DNA from: an uncultured Synechococcaceae cyanobacterium
GTDB lineage: Bacteria > Cyanobacteriota > Cyanobacteriia > PCC-6307 > Cyanobiaceae
Direction: 5' to 3'
NCBI GenBank assembly: GCA_902571355.1
Contig: CACGBL010000001.1
Location: 13,803-77,802, forward strand
Length of the DNA: 64,000 bases
The notes under the pieces were generated by a model. It worked only from the letters and a program-made list of their open reading frames with translations, did not search any database and had not been told where the DNA came from. The translations under genes and the position numbers were made by a program. This document shows, in pieces, positions 9,139 through 20,137 of the stretch (position 1 is its first letter; the number at the start of each line of letters is the position of its first letter).

Positions 9139-9432
9139 AAAGTTTATTCAAGAACAGAATCTATTAAATCATTTAATTTATCTTAAATCCATAAATATAT
9201 ACTGAGGGAATTAAGTATATTTACTAATTTTGTAATTTTTACTTTAAGGGAATTAATTACACTTATTAATTGATAATTAAGACATTGAATCTTAGGGGGT
9301 AAAGTTAAGGTGTAATTATCAATCGATTAACTAAACTTAGTCCTAAAGCATGTCAGCCAATAAACCCGACTTGCTAACAGGAATAAATATATCTCTGTGA
9401 TTTATTTAGAAAATTTTTAATTTATATTTGTT

Positions 9433-10221
9433 TTAAAACAAGTCAAGATTAATATCTTTAAGTTCATAAATAGAATTTAAAATCAAGTCGGCGCCTGCAT
9501 CTCTAAGATTTGTTTCGTAAGAATTACGTTCTTTTAATCGAGAATTTAAATGTAAATGAGGGGGAGCTATTCCGATACTTATGAATTTCTGAGATGGTAT
9601 TTCCTTTCTAGCGTTTATAACAGTATTTATATCTGCAATAGTATCTCCTACATATGCAATGGGAATATTTGATTCACCAAGTTTATCTCCAATAAGCTTT
9701 TTTGATAAGTTAATAAAACCTTTAGGATCAGGCTTGTCAGGGGCATCTCCCATAGATATTAATGGTGGTGATTTTAGTCCAAGTCTTTTTTCTAAAACAA
9801 ATTTTGCAGATGCAGACTCTGCACCACTAACAAAACCCCAGATTATTCCATTACCTTGAATTAAATCAAAAAACTTTTTATCAACTAATAACTCCTCATT
9901 TGTTATGTAACCAGACCAGTATTTACTATCTTTATTTGGATCTCCACCAAAGTAAAACTCTTCAAAACATTTTACTATTTCATCTCTTGGAGGAATTTCA
10001 ATGTTTAAGTTCTCTTTTTTTATACATCTTTTTATAAGTTCTAAACTTAAATCCCAGTCATTATTCCAGATACCTTCATTTTTTGCATTATCAATATCTA
10101 TGTAACTTGGCTCCCATCCGGAAAATTTGTAAACTGTTTTTTTTAATGAAAGTCTGTAACTATTTTCTACGCTGCGGATTACCCCATCAATGTCAAACAA
10201 AATTAAACCAATATTTTTCAA
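9433..10221 (-). CDS. HAD-superfamily hydrolase (TIGR01548-like)
   Basis: FDIDGV motif I, WNNDWD, KPDP, YVGDT.AD. Confidence 0.9.
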   Translation of the reverse strand: MKNIGLILFDIDGVIRSVENSYRLSLKKTVYKFSGWEPSYIDIDNAKNEGIWNNDWDLSLELIKRCIKKENLNIEIPPRDEIVKCFEEFYFGGDPNKDSKYWSGYITNEELLVDKKFFDLIQGNGIIWGFVSGAESASAKFVLEKRLGLKSPPLISMGDAPDKPDPKGFINLSKKLIGDKLGESNIPIAYVGDTIADINTVINARKEIPSQKFISIGIAPPHLHLNSRLKERNSYETNLRDAGADLILNSIYELKDINLDLF

Positions 10222-10317
10222 TTAATTTTCTTTCACCGCTATTATAAAAGATTAGTCTTCTTGTAATGAAAAAGCAAAGAAAAATATTCTATTTATAAAA
10301 TTATGGATTATCTAAAT

Positions 10318-12120
10318 TTAATTTTGTAAATATCCTCTGGGGGTGAGAAATATTTCGTCAACTAAGGTTGTTTGAGAATTGCCAATAATAATGATTGATA
10401 ACATATCAATCTCTTTAAAAGGGATGTTGTTTAAAGTGAAAAATTTTTTGGTTTGATTTTCTCTACCTACTTGTCTAGCTATTAAAACTGGAGTATCACC
10501 ATGCCTGGATTGTAAACATATATCTATTACACTTTTTAGCTGCCAATTTCTTTCAATGGATTGAGGATTAAATAAAGCTATTACAAAGTCACCCGCAAGA
10601 GCTCCTCCAATTCTTTTTTTTATTAAAGACCATGGAGTTAATTTATCGCTTAAACTTACTGAACAAAAGTCATTCATAAGTGGTGCTCCACTAATCGCTG
10701 CAGCTAATTGAACACTACTTATACCTGGATGTACTTCAAAGTAAGGTCTATATTCTTTTTTGATTTTTTGAAGTAATTCTAAAAGTAAGCCTGCCATTCC
10801 ATAAAATCCAGATTCACCTGAAGAAATTAAAGCCACTTTTATTCCTTCCTCAGCTAGTTTAATTGCTTTACTGCATCTCTCTTTTTCTTCAGTAAGTTTA
10901 CTTTCAATTAAAACCTGATCATTCCTTTTTAAGGGTTTTATTAAATCTAAATACATTTTGTATCCAATCCAAACAGTACATCTTGAAAGTGCTTTTTTTG
11001 CATTATTGGTTAGGAAGGAGATATCACCAGGCCCACTTCCAATAATATGGATTTCACCACGGGTTGGATTATATTGATTGTTTGATTCTGCTAAAGCGAT
11101 AGTTACTGCCCCAGATTGATTTTTAAAAATTCTTTTTTCTTTTAATAATTTTGATTCTTCTCCTGCTGCAAGTAAGCAAGAGGCTTCTGCTACGGAAGGG
11201 GTGCCAATTTCATTTTGCACAATATTAGATGGATTTGGAACAATTATTTTTGAAAGATCTTCTTTACTAAAAAACTTTATAGGCAAGTTTTTTTCTTTAG
11301 CGAGTTCTAAAATTCCTTTCTCATTTTTTTTAATATCAATAGTTGCAAATCCCGCAATTGATTGCTGTGATAAATTTCCTGACTCAAAAAAATTATTTAA
11401 CGATTTTGTTAATAATTCTTTGCTTGTATTTCTTTCACATCCAATACCAACCCATAATACGGGCGGGTGCCAAGTTGTTTCATGATTTTCGAATATACTC
11501 ACATAAAATGTTGAATCTGGTTTTTCAGCTTCTTTTTTATTAATTTGATTAATAATCTCAGCTGATTCTGAAGTTTTCCATAATTTATTACCAGATAATT
11601 GTTTGCAAAATATTTCTTTGTTCTTAGCTTGTTTAATTACTAGTTTTGACCAATCGTTTATTTTGCCAGATCTTTTCCAACCCCATTGATTCCCAAATGC
11701 ATCAAGATTTAAGAGTCTTTGATCATTAGAATTATTTGTTTCTATAATTTCGCCACCAAGTAAATTAGCAATTTGATATGCAATATTTTGTGTATTTGAC
11801 TGATGTAAGCCAATTAAAGGAACTATCTTGGAACATTTGTTATCTATAACTATTACTCCTGGATCTTGATCTTTAGTGGTTAAAAATGAATTTATTATGC
11901 GTATTGATGCAGCAATTGAGCCTATAAAAATTATTAAATCTATCTTCGGCCATTTTTTTAGTAAGATTTCTCTAGGTTTTTGTACTTGAATAAGTTTATT
12001 TTCCTTTCCATCATCTTTTAAAGAACTTGCAATATATATTTCTTTGACAAATTCGGTTTTTTTAAGCCTTTTTAAAATTTCTTTTGAATTATTAGATAGA
12101 CCTATCGCAATGCCTTTCAA
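10318..12120 (-). CDS. cobJ: CbiG-CobJ(CbiH) fusion, precorrin-3B C17-methyltransferase
   Basis: CbiG motifs KDQDPGV, GIGCER, GTPSVAEA followed by methyltransferase GSGPG, HPGISS, SLSDKLTPW, TPRGY. Confidence 0.93.
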   Translation of the reverse strand: MKGIAIGLSNNSKEILKRLKKTEFVKEIYIASSLKDDGKENKLIQVQKPREILLKKWPKIDLIIFIGSIAASIRIINSFLTTKDQDPGVIVIDNKCSKIVPLIGLHQSNTQNIAYQIANLLGGEIIETNNSNDQRLLNLDAFGNQWGWKRSGKINDWSKLVIKQAKNKEIFCKQLSGNKLWKTSESAEIINQINKKEAEKPDSTFYVSIFENHETTWHPPVLWVGIGCERNTSKELLTKSLNNFFESGNLSQQSIAGFATIDIKKNEKGILELAKEKNLPIKFFSKEDLSKIIVPNPSNIVQNEIGTPSVAEASCLLAAGEESKLLKEKRIFKNQSGAVTIALAESNNQYNPTRGEIHIIGSGPGDISFLTNNAKKALSRCTVWIGYKMYLDLIKPLKRNDQVLIESKLTEEKERCSKAIKLAEEGIKVALISSGESGFYGMAGLLLELLQKIKKEYRPYFEVHPGISSVQLAAAISGAPLMNDFCSVSLSDKLTPWSLIKKRIGGALAGDFVIALFNPQSIERNWQLKSVIDICLQSRHGDTPVLIARQVGRENQTKKFFTLNNIPFKEIDMLSIIIIGNSQTTLVDEIFLTPRGYLQN

Positions 12121-12455
12121 ATTAGAAACTATTGACAGTAACTTTGAAATTATATAATGCCGCTGGATTTAAAAAAATTTTCTTTGAAATATAAAAAAAA
12201 ATTTAAGAAATTCACATAAATTTTGAGTAAAAATACTCATAATTTAGTCATAGACTAGAATTTAACAAAATATTCATATAGTAACAATCATTAGAACATT
12301 TGTTACGTTAATGCATAACGAAAGAATCTTTGCCTTATTATTTTTGAAACGAATATCTAAAGTTCCGAGGGATTCGTTTTCTTGAACATTATCATTAAAA
12401 ATAGGTTCAAGATCCGATCAATCGGCTTTAATGTCAATTATTTTCGAGGTGCTAG

Positions 12456-14759
12456 ATGACCATCAGCCCACCAGAAAGTGGAGAAAAAAACAAAAAAGTT
12501 TTGGAAGATCCTGTTAAGGCCGATCCAAGACCTATTGATTTTGCCAAATTAGATAAGCCAGGTTTCTGGTCAAGTAAATTATCTAAAGGTCCAAAAACTA
12601 CAACTTGGATCTGGAATTTGCATGCTGATGCACATGATTTCGATGTGCATACAGGCGATGCTGAAGAAGCAACAAGAAAAATCTTTTCAGCTCATTTTGG
12701 ACACCTTGCAGTCATTTTTATATGGATGAGCGCTGCATTTTTCCATGGAGCAAGATTTTCTAATTACTCAGGTTGGTTAGCTGATCCAACTCACGTCAAA
12801 CCCGGAGCTCAGCAAGTATGGGCAATAGTTGGTCAAGAAATGCTTAATGCTGATCTTGGTGCTAACTACAACGGTATTCAAATTAGTTCAGGAATATTCC
12901 ACATGTGGCGAGCATGGGGAATTACTAATGAGAGTGAACTGATGGCTTTAGCAATAGGTGCTGTAGTAATGGCTGCACTTATGCTTCATGCTGGAATTTT
13001 TCATTATCATAAAGCAGCTCCAAAAATGGAGTGGTTCCAAGACATTGAGTCTATGCTTAACCACCATATAGCTGGTTTAGTAGGACTAGGGTCTTTAGCA
13101 TGGGCTGGCCATTGCATTCATATTGGAGCTCCTACTGCAGCTCTCTTAGATGCAATAGATGCAGGTTCTCCTTTAGTAATCAATGGAAAAGAAATAGCAA
13201 CTATTGCAGATATGCCTATGCCGCATCAACTCTGCGATCCACAAATTATTGGTCAGATATTTCCAGGATTAGCAAGTGGTACAGGCAATTTCTTTAGTTT
13301 AAATTGGTTAGCTTTCTCAGACTTCCTTACTTTCAAAGGTGGACTTAACCCTGTGACAGGAAGCTTGTGGATGACTGATGTTTCACATCATCATTTAGCT
13401 TTTGGTGTAATAGCAATAATCGGTGGTCATATGTATAGAACCAATTATGGTATTGGTCATAGTATGAAAGAAATATTAGATTCACAACAAGGAGATCCAA
13501 TATTATTCCCTGCGCCTAAAGGTCATCAAGGTCTTTTTGAGTTCATGGCAGAAAGTAGACATGCTCAGCTTTCAGTGAACCTTGCGATGCTTGGATCGAT
13601 AAGCATACTTGTATCTCATCACATGTATGCGATGCCTCCATATCCTTATATAGCTACTGACTACATGACAGTTCTTGGATTATTTACCCATCACATGTGG
13701 ATAGGCGGGTTATTTATAGTAGGAGCGGGTGCGCATGCTGGAATTGCAATGGTTAGAGATTACGACCCAGCAAAACATATTGATAATGTATTAGACAGAA
13801 TTCTTAAGGCAAGAGATGCTTTAATCAGTCATTTAAACTGGGTATGTATGTGGTTAGGATTCCATAGTTTTGGACTCTATATTCACAACGATACTATGAG
13901 AGCTTTAGGCAGACCTCAAGATATGTTTAGTGATTCTGCAATCCAACTTCAGCCAATCTTTGCTCAATGGGTACAGAGTATTCAAGCATCAGCTGTTGGA
14001 ACTTCTCTTCTAGCAGGTACCGCAGAAGCTTTACCTCACAAAGCTTTAAGTGAAGTTTTTAATGGAAGTTTAGTAGAAGTTGGTGGAAAGGTAGCTATAG
14101 CACCAATTCCATTAGGTACAGCCGATTTAATGATTCATCATATTCATGCTTTCCAAATCCATGTAACTGTTTTGATACTTCTCAAAGGAGTACTTTATGC
14201 AAGAAGTTCAAGGTTGATCCCTGATAAAGCTTCTTTAGGATTTAGATTCCCTTGTGATGGTCCTGGAAGAGGTGGTACATGTCAAGTTTCTTCATGGGAT
14301 CACGTTTTCTTGGCTCTTTTTTGGATGTATAACTGTTTATCAATAGTTATTTTCCACTTTTCTTGGAAAATGCAGAGCGATGTTTGGGGACTAACTGGTG
14401 GTAATTTCGCACAAAGTTCAATTACTATCAATGGTTGGTTAAGAGATTTCCTCTGGGCTCAAGCTTCTCAAGTATTAACAAGTTATGGTCAATCAATAAG
14501 CATGTACGGTTTGATGTTCTTAGGAGCTCACTTCATATGGGCGTTCAGTTTAATGTTCCTCTTCAGCGGAAGAGGATATTGGCAAGAATTGTTCGAATCA
14601 ATTGTTTGGGCACACAATAAACTAAAGGTTGCACCAACCATTCAACCTCGAGCGCTATCTATTACTCAGGGACGTGCAGTAGGTGTTACACACTTCCTGG
14701 TAGGTGGTATTGCTACCACATGGGCCTTCTTCCATGCTCGCCTTTTCGGGCTGGGCTAA
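12456..14759 (+). CDS. psaA: Photosystem I core protein PsaA
   Basis: [28 protein letters not shown] (FX ligands). Confidence 0.99.
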   Translation: MTISPPESGEKNKKVLEDPVKADPRPIDFAKLDKPGFWSSKLSKGPKTTTWIWNLHADAHDFDVHTGDAEEATRKIFSAHFGHLAVIFIWMSAAFFHGARFSNYSGWLADPTHVKPGAQQVWAIVGQEMLNADLGANYNGIQISSGIFHMWRAWGITNESELMALAIGAVVMAALMLHAGIFHYHKAAPKMEWFQDIESMLNHHIAGLVGLGSLAWAGHCIHIGAPTAALLDAIDAGSPLVINGKEIATIADMPMPHQLCDPQIIGQIFPGLASGTGNFFSLNWLAFSDFLTFKGGLNPVTGSLWMTDVSHHHLAFGVIAIIGGHMYRTNYGIGHSMKEILDSQQGDPILFPAPKGHQGLFEFMAESRHAQLSVNLAMLGSISILVSHHMYAMPPYPYIATDYMTVLGLFTHHMWIGGLFIVGAGAHAGIAMVRDYDPAKHIDNVLDRILKARDALISHLNWVCMWLGFHSFGLYIHNDTMRALGRPQDMFSDSAIQLQPIFAQWVQSIQASAVGTSLLAGTAEALPHKALSEVFNGSLVEVGGKVAIAPIPLGTADLMIHHIHAFQIHVTVLILLKGVLYARSSRLIPDKASLGFRFPCDGPGRGGTCQVSSWDHVFLALFWMYNCLSIVIFHFSWKMQSDVWGLTGGNFAQSSITINGWLRDFLWAQASQVLTSYGQSISMYGLMFLGAHFIWAFSLMFLFSGRGYWQELFESIVWAHNKLKVAPTIQPRALSITQGRAVGVTHFLVGGIATTWAFFHARLFGLG

Positions 14760-14786
14760 TAACCTGAACTTCACCTTTTTAATTCA

Positions 14787-17015
14787 ATGGCAACAAAATT
14801 TCCATCATTTAACCAGGGTCTAGCTCAGGACCCCACAACCCGACGAATATGGTACGGAATAGCTACCGCTCATGACTTTGAAAGTCATGATGGTATGACT
14901 GAAGAAAAACTTTATCAGAAGCTATTCTCTACACATTTTGGACATCTGGCAATAATCGCTCTATGGGTAGCTGGTAACTTATTTCATATTGCTTGGCAGG
15001 GTAATTTTGAGCAATTTGTACTTGACCCAACTCATGTCCGCCCTATAGCTCATGCTATTTGGGATCCTCATTTTGGATCTGGCATCACAGAGGCAATGAC
15101 ACAAGCTGGAGCAAGCGGTCCAGTAAACATTGCTTATTCAGGTCTCTACCATTGGTGGTACACAATTGGAATGAGAACTAACGAGCAACTCTTCCAAGCT
15201 TCAATATTCATGAGTATTTTGGCTTGTTGGACTCTATTTGCTGGTTGGTTACACTTACAGCCAAAATTCAGACCGTCTTTAGCTTGGTTTAAAAATGCAG
15301 AGTCAAGATTAAATCATCATTTAGCTGTCTTATTTGGTTTTAGTAGTATCGCTTGGACAGGACATCTGGTTCATGTTGCTATACCTGAATCAAGAGGTCA
15401 GCATGTAGGTTGGGATAACTGGTTAACAGTGCTTCCTCACCCTGCAGGATTAGCTCCTTTCTTTACTTTAAACTGGGGAGCATATGCCCAAAATCCTGAT
15501 TCTTTAGATCAAGTATTTGGAACAGCTGAAGGAGCTGGAACAGCAATCTTTACTTTCTTAGGTGGTCTTCATCCTCAAAGTGAAGCATTATGGCTTACCG
15601 ATATTGCGCATCACCATATTGCGATTGGTACAGTTTTTGTAATTGCTGGTCATATGTATAGAAATACTTTTGGTATTGGTCATAGCCTCAAAGAAATTAC
15701 AGAAGCCCATAATACAAGGCACCCTAATGATCCTCATAAAGGTAGTTTTGGAATTAACCACGATGGAATATATGAAACTGTAAATAATTCATTACATTTC
15801 CAACTTGGATTAGCATTAGCATCTCTTGGTGTAGCAACTTCTCTTGTAGCTCAACACATGGGTGCACTTCCTTCTTACGCTTTTATTGCCAGGGACTACA
15901 CTACACAATCTGCTTTATATAGTCATCATCAGTACATAGCAATGTTCTTGATGGTTGGTGCTTTTGCACACGGAGCTATCTTCTTTGTAAGAGATTATGA
16001 TCCAGAATTAAATAAAGATAACGTATTGGCAAGAGTTCTTGGAACAAAAGAAGCTTTGATAAGCCATCTTAGTTGGGTAACAATGCTGCTTGGATTCCAT
16101 ACTCTAGGAATTTATGTTCATAACGACGTTGTTGTAGCTTTTGGTAATCCTGAAAAGCAAATTCTAATTGAGCCAGTATTTGCTCAATTTGTTCAAGCTG
16201 CTCAAGGTAAAATGATGTACGGCTTTAATGCTTTATTATCTGATCCAACAAGTTCAGCAAGTCTCGCTGCTAATTCATTGCCAGGTAATCATTACTGGAT
16301 GGATTTGATCAATAGACAAGATGCATTAAGTGCTTTCTTACCTATCGGTCCAGCAGATTTCTTAGTTCACCATGCTATCGCTTTGGGTCTTCATACAACC
16401 GCTTTAATACTTATCAAAGGAGCACTTGATGCTAGAGGAACAAAATTAATTCCTGATAAGAAAGATTTAGGTTATGCATTCCCTTGCGATGGTCCTGGAC
16501 GTGGAGGTACTTGTGATAGTTCATCTTGGGACGCTATGTACTTAGCTATGTTCTGGGCATTAAATTTACTAGCATGGGTCACTTTCTACTGGCATTGGAA
16601 ACACCTAGCAATTTGGCAGGGTAACGTAGCACAATTTAACGAATCGGGAACTTATCTAATGGGTTGGTTCAGAGATTATCTTTGGTTAAACTCAGCTCAA
16701 CTTATTAACGGATATAATCCATTTGGAGTAAATTCCCTATCCCCTTGGGCTTGGATGTTCCTATTCGGTCACTTAGTTTGGGCTACTGGTTTCATGTTCT
16801 TAATATCATGGCGTGGTTACTGGCAAGAATTAATTGAAACATTAGTTTGGGCACATCAGCGTACTCCAATTGCTAACCTTGTTGGCTGGAGAGATAAGCC
16901 AGTTGCACTTTCAATTGTTCAAGCTAGATTAGTTGGACTAGCACATTTCACCATTGGAAACATACTTACATTTGGGGCATTTGTAATTGCATCCACTTCA
17001 GGTAAGTTTGGTTAA
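14787..17015 (+). CDS. psaB: Photosystem I core protein PsaB
   Basis: [39 protein letters not shown]. Confidence 0.99.
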
Positions 17016-17033
17016 ATTTCCCTTAAATAATTT

Positions 17034-17062
17034 AAATCACCACTTTTGTGGTGATTTTTTTT
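17034..17062 (+). terminator. Intrinsic terminator of psaAB
   Basis: AAATCACCAC-TTTT-GTGGTGATTT perfect 10-bp stem running into a T tract, 18 nt after the psaB stop. Confidence 0.9.
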
Positions 17063-17118
17063 GTTTAATTTTAATGTTCTAAATTAAGTTAAAATTGTTT
17101 AATTATCATTAGATATAA

Positions 17119-18081
17119 ATGTCAGATATAAAACAATTAATTTCTATTATCGTCCCTGTTTTCAATGAAAGCGAGAGTATTGGTCTTTTATTGGATGAAG
17201 TTATAAATGTAATGTCATCTCATAAATTTAATTTTGAATTGATTGTTGTAAATGATGGTTCTAAAGATAATACTCATCAAGTATTAAAGCAACTAACTCT
17301 CAAAATTAAAGAATTGTCAGTAATTTCCCTTCGCAAAAATTATGGTCAAACTGCAGCAATGTCAGCTGGCTTTGATAATTCTAAGGGCGATATTGTTATT
17401 ACTTTGGATGGTGATTTACAGAATGATCCAAATAGTATTCCTTTATTAATTTCAGAAATTAATAATGGTTTTGATTTGGTATGTGGTTGGAGGTTTGATA
17501 GAAAAGATAAATTAATTAATAGAAAGATACCATCAAAAATAGCGAATAAGTTAATAGCTCACGTGACAGGTTTGAAGTTGCATGACTATGGTTGCTCATT
17601 AAAAGCGTTTAAGAAAGAAATAATAGAAGATATAAAGTTATATGGGGAACTTCACAGGTTTTTGCCCGTTCTAGCAAATATTGAAGGTGCAAGAATCAAA
17701 GAAATTAAAGTAAATCATAGGAGCAGGCAATATGGATCTAGTAAATATGGAATTGATAGAACTTTTAGAGTTTTAATGGATTTACTAACTGTTTGGTTTA
17801 TGACTAAATTTTTAACAAGACCGATGTATGGATTTGGTTTTGTTGGAATTATAAGTATTTTATTTAGCCTTGCGATAAGTTCTTATTTGATAGTTTTAAA
17901 AATAATGGGTGAGGATATTGGAAATCGTCCGTTGTTGATGTTTGCGTTAATATTAGGAATTGCTGGTGTTCAATTATTTAGCTTTGGATTGTTGAGTGAA
18001 CTTTTAATTAGGACATATCATGAAAGTCAAAGTCGTCCAATTTACAGAATTAGATCAATAAACAGTGCTAAGCAAAATTGA
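17119..18081 (+). CDS. GT2 glycosyltransferase, polyprenyl-phosphate glycosyltransferase type (GtrB/ArnC-like)
   Basis: SIIVPVFNE, NDGSKD, NYGQTAA, DGDLQND; two C-terminal TM helices. Confidence 0.92.
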   Translation: MSDIKQLISIIVPVFNESESIGLLLDEVINVMSSHKFNFELIVVNDGSKDNTHQVLKQLTLKIKELSVISLRKNYGQTAAMSAGFDNSKGDIVITLDGDLQNDPNSIPLLISEINNGFDLVCGWRFDRKDKLINRKIPSKIANKLIAHVTGLKLHDYGCSLKAFKKEIIEDIKLYGELHRFLPVLANIEGARIKEIKVNHRSRQYGSSKYGIDRTFRVLMDLLTVWFMTKFLTRPMYGFGFVGIISILFSLAISSYLIVLKIMGEDIGNRPLLMFALILGIAGVQLFSFGLLSELLIRTYHESQSRPIYRIRSINSAKQN

Positions 18082-18085
18082 TTGT

Positions 18086-18479
18086 TTACTTGAACTGTCT
18101 TATTAATAAAGCTGAAATTTCAACGACTTCAGGAGAAATATCTCTTAAGCCTTTTCGTAAAATCGGTAATGTTGATTTATCAGCCAATTCTTCCGCAATT
18201 TTTAATGCCTTTAATTTTTTTTCTGTATCACCCTGAAAAAGAGTAATCATTTTATTTCTTTGAGAATTTTTATAAAATTTTGAGTACTTTTTTTCTTCGT
18301 GACTGTATAAATAATTATTTTTTTTAGATAGAAATTTATTATTACTTTTTTTATATTTCTTTAATTTAATAGAATTTAAATTGCTTTGATTTATTAACTT
18401 TTTAAAGCTTCTTTTTTTAAAAACTACAAGTAATATTCCTATACAAATAATAAGTAAAATTGCGAAAAAAATTTAACAT
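18086..18479 (-). pseudogene. Membrane-anchored protein with HEAT-like C-terminus; +1 frameshift in a homopolymer near the start
   Basis: Stop-free frame 18472-18086 (IFFAILLIICIGILLVVFKK...LPILRKGLRDISPEVVEISALLIRQFK*); ATG at 18479 is out of frame by one base across the A7 run 18465-18471. Confidence 0.7.
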
Positions 18480-18571
18480 GTAAAAAGTTAATAATTTTTA
18501 TATCATCCAGTAATAAAATTAACATTATTTCGCTGATAAATACTAAAGTGTTTAAAGATGTTTAAAGAACT

Positions 18572-18685
18572 ATGCCATCTGATTTACCAAGTCTTTTACC
18601 CTCAATTTTTGTTCCATTAATTGGTATAGCAATGCCTGCTGTTTTTATCGTATTGATTGGAAGATTAATTACAGCAACTGAATAA
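18572..18685 (+). CDS. psaI: Photosystem I subunit VIII (absent from ORF track)
   Basis: MPSDLPSLLPSIFVPLIGIAMPAVFIVLIGRLITATE*; LPSIFVPL.G motif, directly upstream of psaL. Confidence 0.95.
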   Translation: MPSDLPSLLPSIFVPLIGIAMPAVFIVLIGRLITATE

Positions 18686-18712
18686 ATTATCAAACACTAA
18701 ACTATTAAAAAA

Positions 18713-19312
18713 ATGAGCGACTTTCAAAAATCATTCTCTGAATCAACAAGTTCTATTAAGTTTGATGAGAAATACATAGATACTTCTGTACAACCAAATG
18801 ATATTGGCGTAGCAGAACAATGGGCAGTAAAAACAGTTGCTGATCCTTGTGTTGGTAATTTAGCTACTCCAGTTAATAGTGGTTATTTTACAAAAGCCTT
18901 TATTAATAATTTACCTTTTTACAGAGAAGGTATTTCCCCTAATTTTAGAGGTTTAGAAACTGGAGCAGCTTTTGGATATCTTTTATACGGACCTTTTACC
19001 ATGACTGGCCCATTAAGAAATTCTGAATTTGCTCTAACAGCTGGACTTCTCGCTACTATTGGAGCTGTTCATATTTTGACAGCACTTTTTGTGCTATACA
19101 ATGCACCTGGTAAAGCACCTAATGTTCAACCTCCAGATGCGACTGTTAATAATCCGCCAAAGGACTTATTTACAAAAGCTGGCTGGGCTGATTTTACAAG
19201 TGGATTTTGGTTAGGAGGATGTGGAGGCGCTGTTTTTGCTTGGTTACTTGTTGGGACATTACACTTAGATACCATAATGCCAATCATTAAAAATATTTGG
19301 ACTGCTGGTTAA
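18713..19312 (+). CDS. psaL: Photosystem I subunit XI
   Basis: [38 protein letters not shown]. Confidence 0.97.
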   Translation: MSDFQKSFSESTSSIKFDEKYIDTSVQPNDIGVAEQWAVKTVADPCVGNLATPVNSGYFTKAFINNLPFYREGISPNFRGLETGAAFGYLLYGPFTMTGPLRNSEFALTAGLLATIGAVHILTALFVLYNAPGKAPNVQPPDATVNNPPKDLFTKAGWADFTSGFWLGGCGGAVFAWLLVGTLHLDTIMPIIKNIWTAG

Positions 19313-19375
19313 TTTCTAAATAAAGAATAAGTAATATTTTAATTTAATTTAAAATTTAAAGTTGAGCCATATTAG

Positions 19376-20134
19376 TTAACGTATAGTACGGTCCCATCTA
19401 AAATTTCTAACTACTCTTCCGGCCGAAATTAGTTTAGATTTATAATGCAATGAGATTTTATCAGTAGACTTTGTTAGGGTATCTAATCCTATTCCATTTC
19501 TGCCAAAATCTATTCCAGAGCTATGGTAATAAAATCCGTCTCCTTTGTAGATTCCAATATGATCACATTTTTTTTTATTACCAAAAAATAAAAGATCGCC
19601 AGGTCGTAAAGCCGCATACGATTCTTTGTAATAAAAAAGGTGCTTACAAAAACTTTTTATTTGAAAAGAGTCTCGAGGTATATAAATTTGATGCTTTAAA
19701 AAAGCAGTCTGAATTAATCCAGAACAATCAAAATTAGGTCCTAATGTACCTCCCCAAAGATATTCATTATTTAACTCAGATTGATCCTTTATCCATTTTA
19801 AAATTGAGTTAACTTTATCTTTTATAAAGAAGTGTTCATTTTCTAAACTGTTATTTTTTTTGAATTCGTATTTCTCAATAATTAATCCATCTAAATTTAT
19901 CCAACAGACGTAACCATCTTCATATAGTTGAACTAGTATTCTTGAAAATTTACGGTTGTTTTGATAAATATTTGGATAAATAAGCCTAAAAATTCTATTT
20001 TTAAATATTTCAGTAACTAATTTATCTTCTGTTTCATTTTGATATCCCGAAATATTAACTTTTAATTGCCACCAAATAGTTTTTGAAAAATTAGTTTGTT
20101 TAAATAGTGAGATAGGATTTTTATAAATTTCCAT
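19376..20134 (-). CDS. NlpC/P60 (C40) peptidase
   Basis: YLWGG...FDCSG, IPRDS, PGDLLFF, HIGIY. Confidence 0.92.
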   Translation of the reverse strand: MEIYKNPISLFKQTNFSKTIWWQLKVNISGYQNETEDKLVTEIFKNRIFRLIYPNIYQNNRKFSRILVQLYEDGYVCWINLDGLIIEKYEFKKNNSLENEHFFIKDKVNSILKWIKDQSELNNEYLWGGTLGPNFDCSGLIQTAFLKHQIYIPRDSFQIKSFCKHLFYYKESYAALRPGDLLFFGNKKKCDHIGIYKGDGFYYHSSGIDFGRNGIGLDTLTKSTDKISLHYKSKLISAGRVVRNFRWDRTIR

Positions 20135-20137
20135 TCA

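Larger units (their letters stand above)
5189..9400. mobile_element. tRNA-Ser-associated genomic islet (decayed integrative element); right boundary approximate
   Basis: Accessory four-gene operon plus integrase-like remnant between the tRNA 3' end and a core HAD gene; no clear attR duplication seen. Confidence 0.7.

Noticed and set aside
9380-9400. ATCTCTGTG as an attR copy of the tRNA-Ser 3' end (CCTCTCCGTG)
   Set aside because: The match is too short and imperfect to distinguish from chance.
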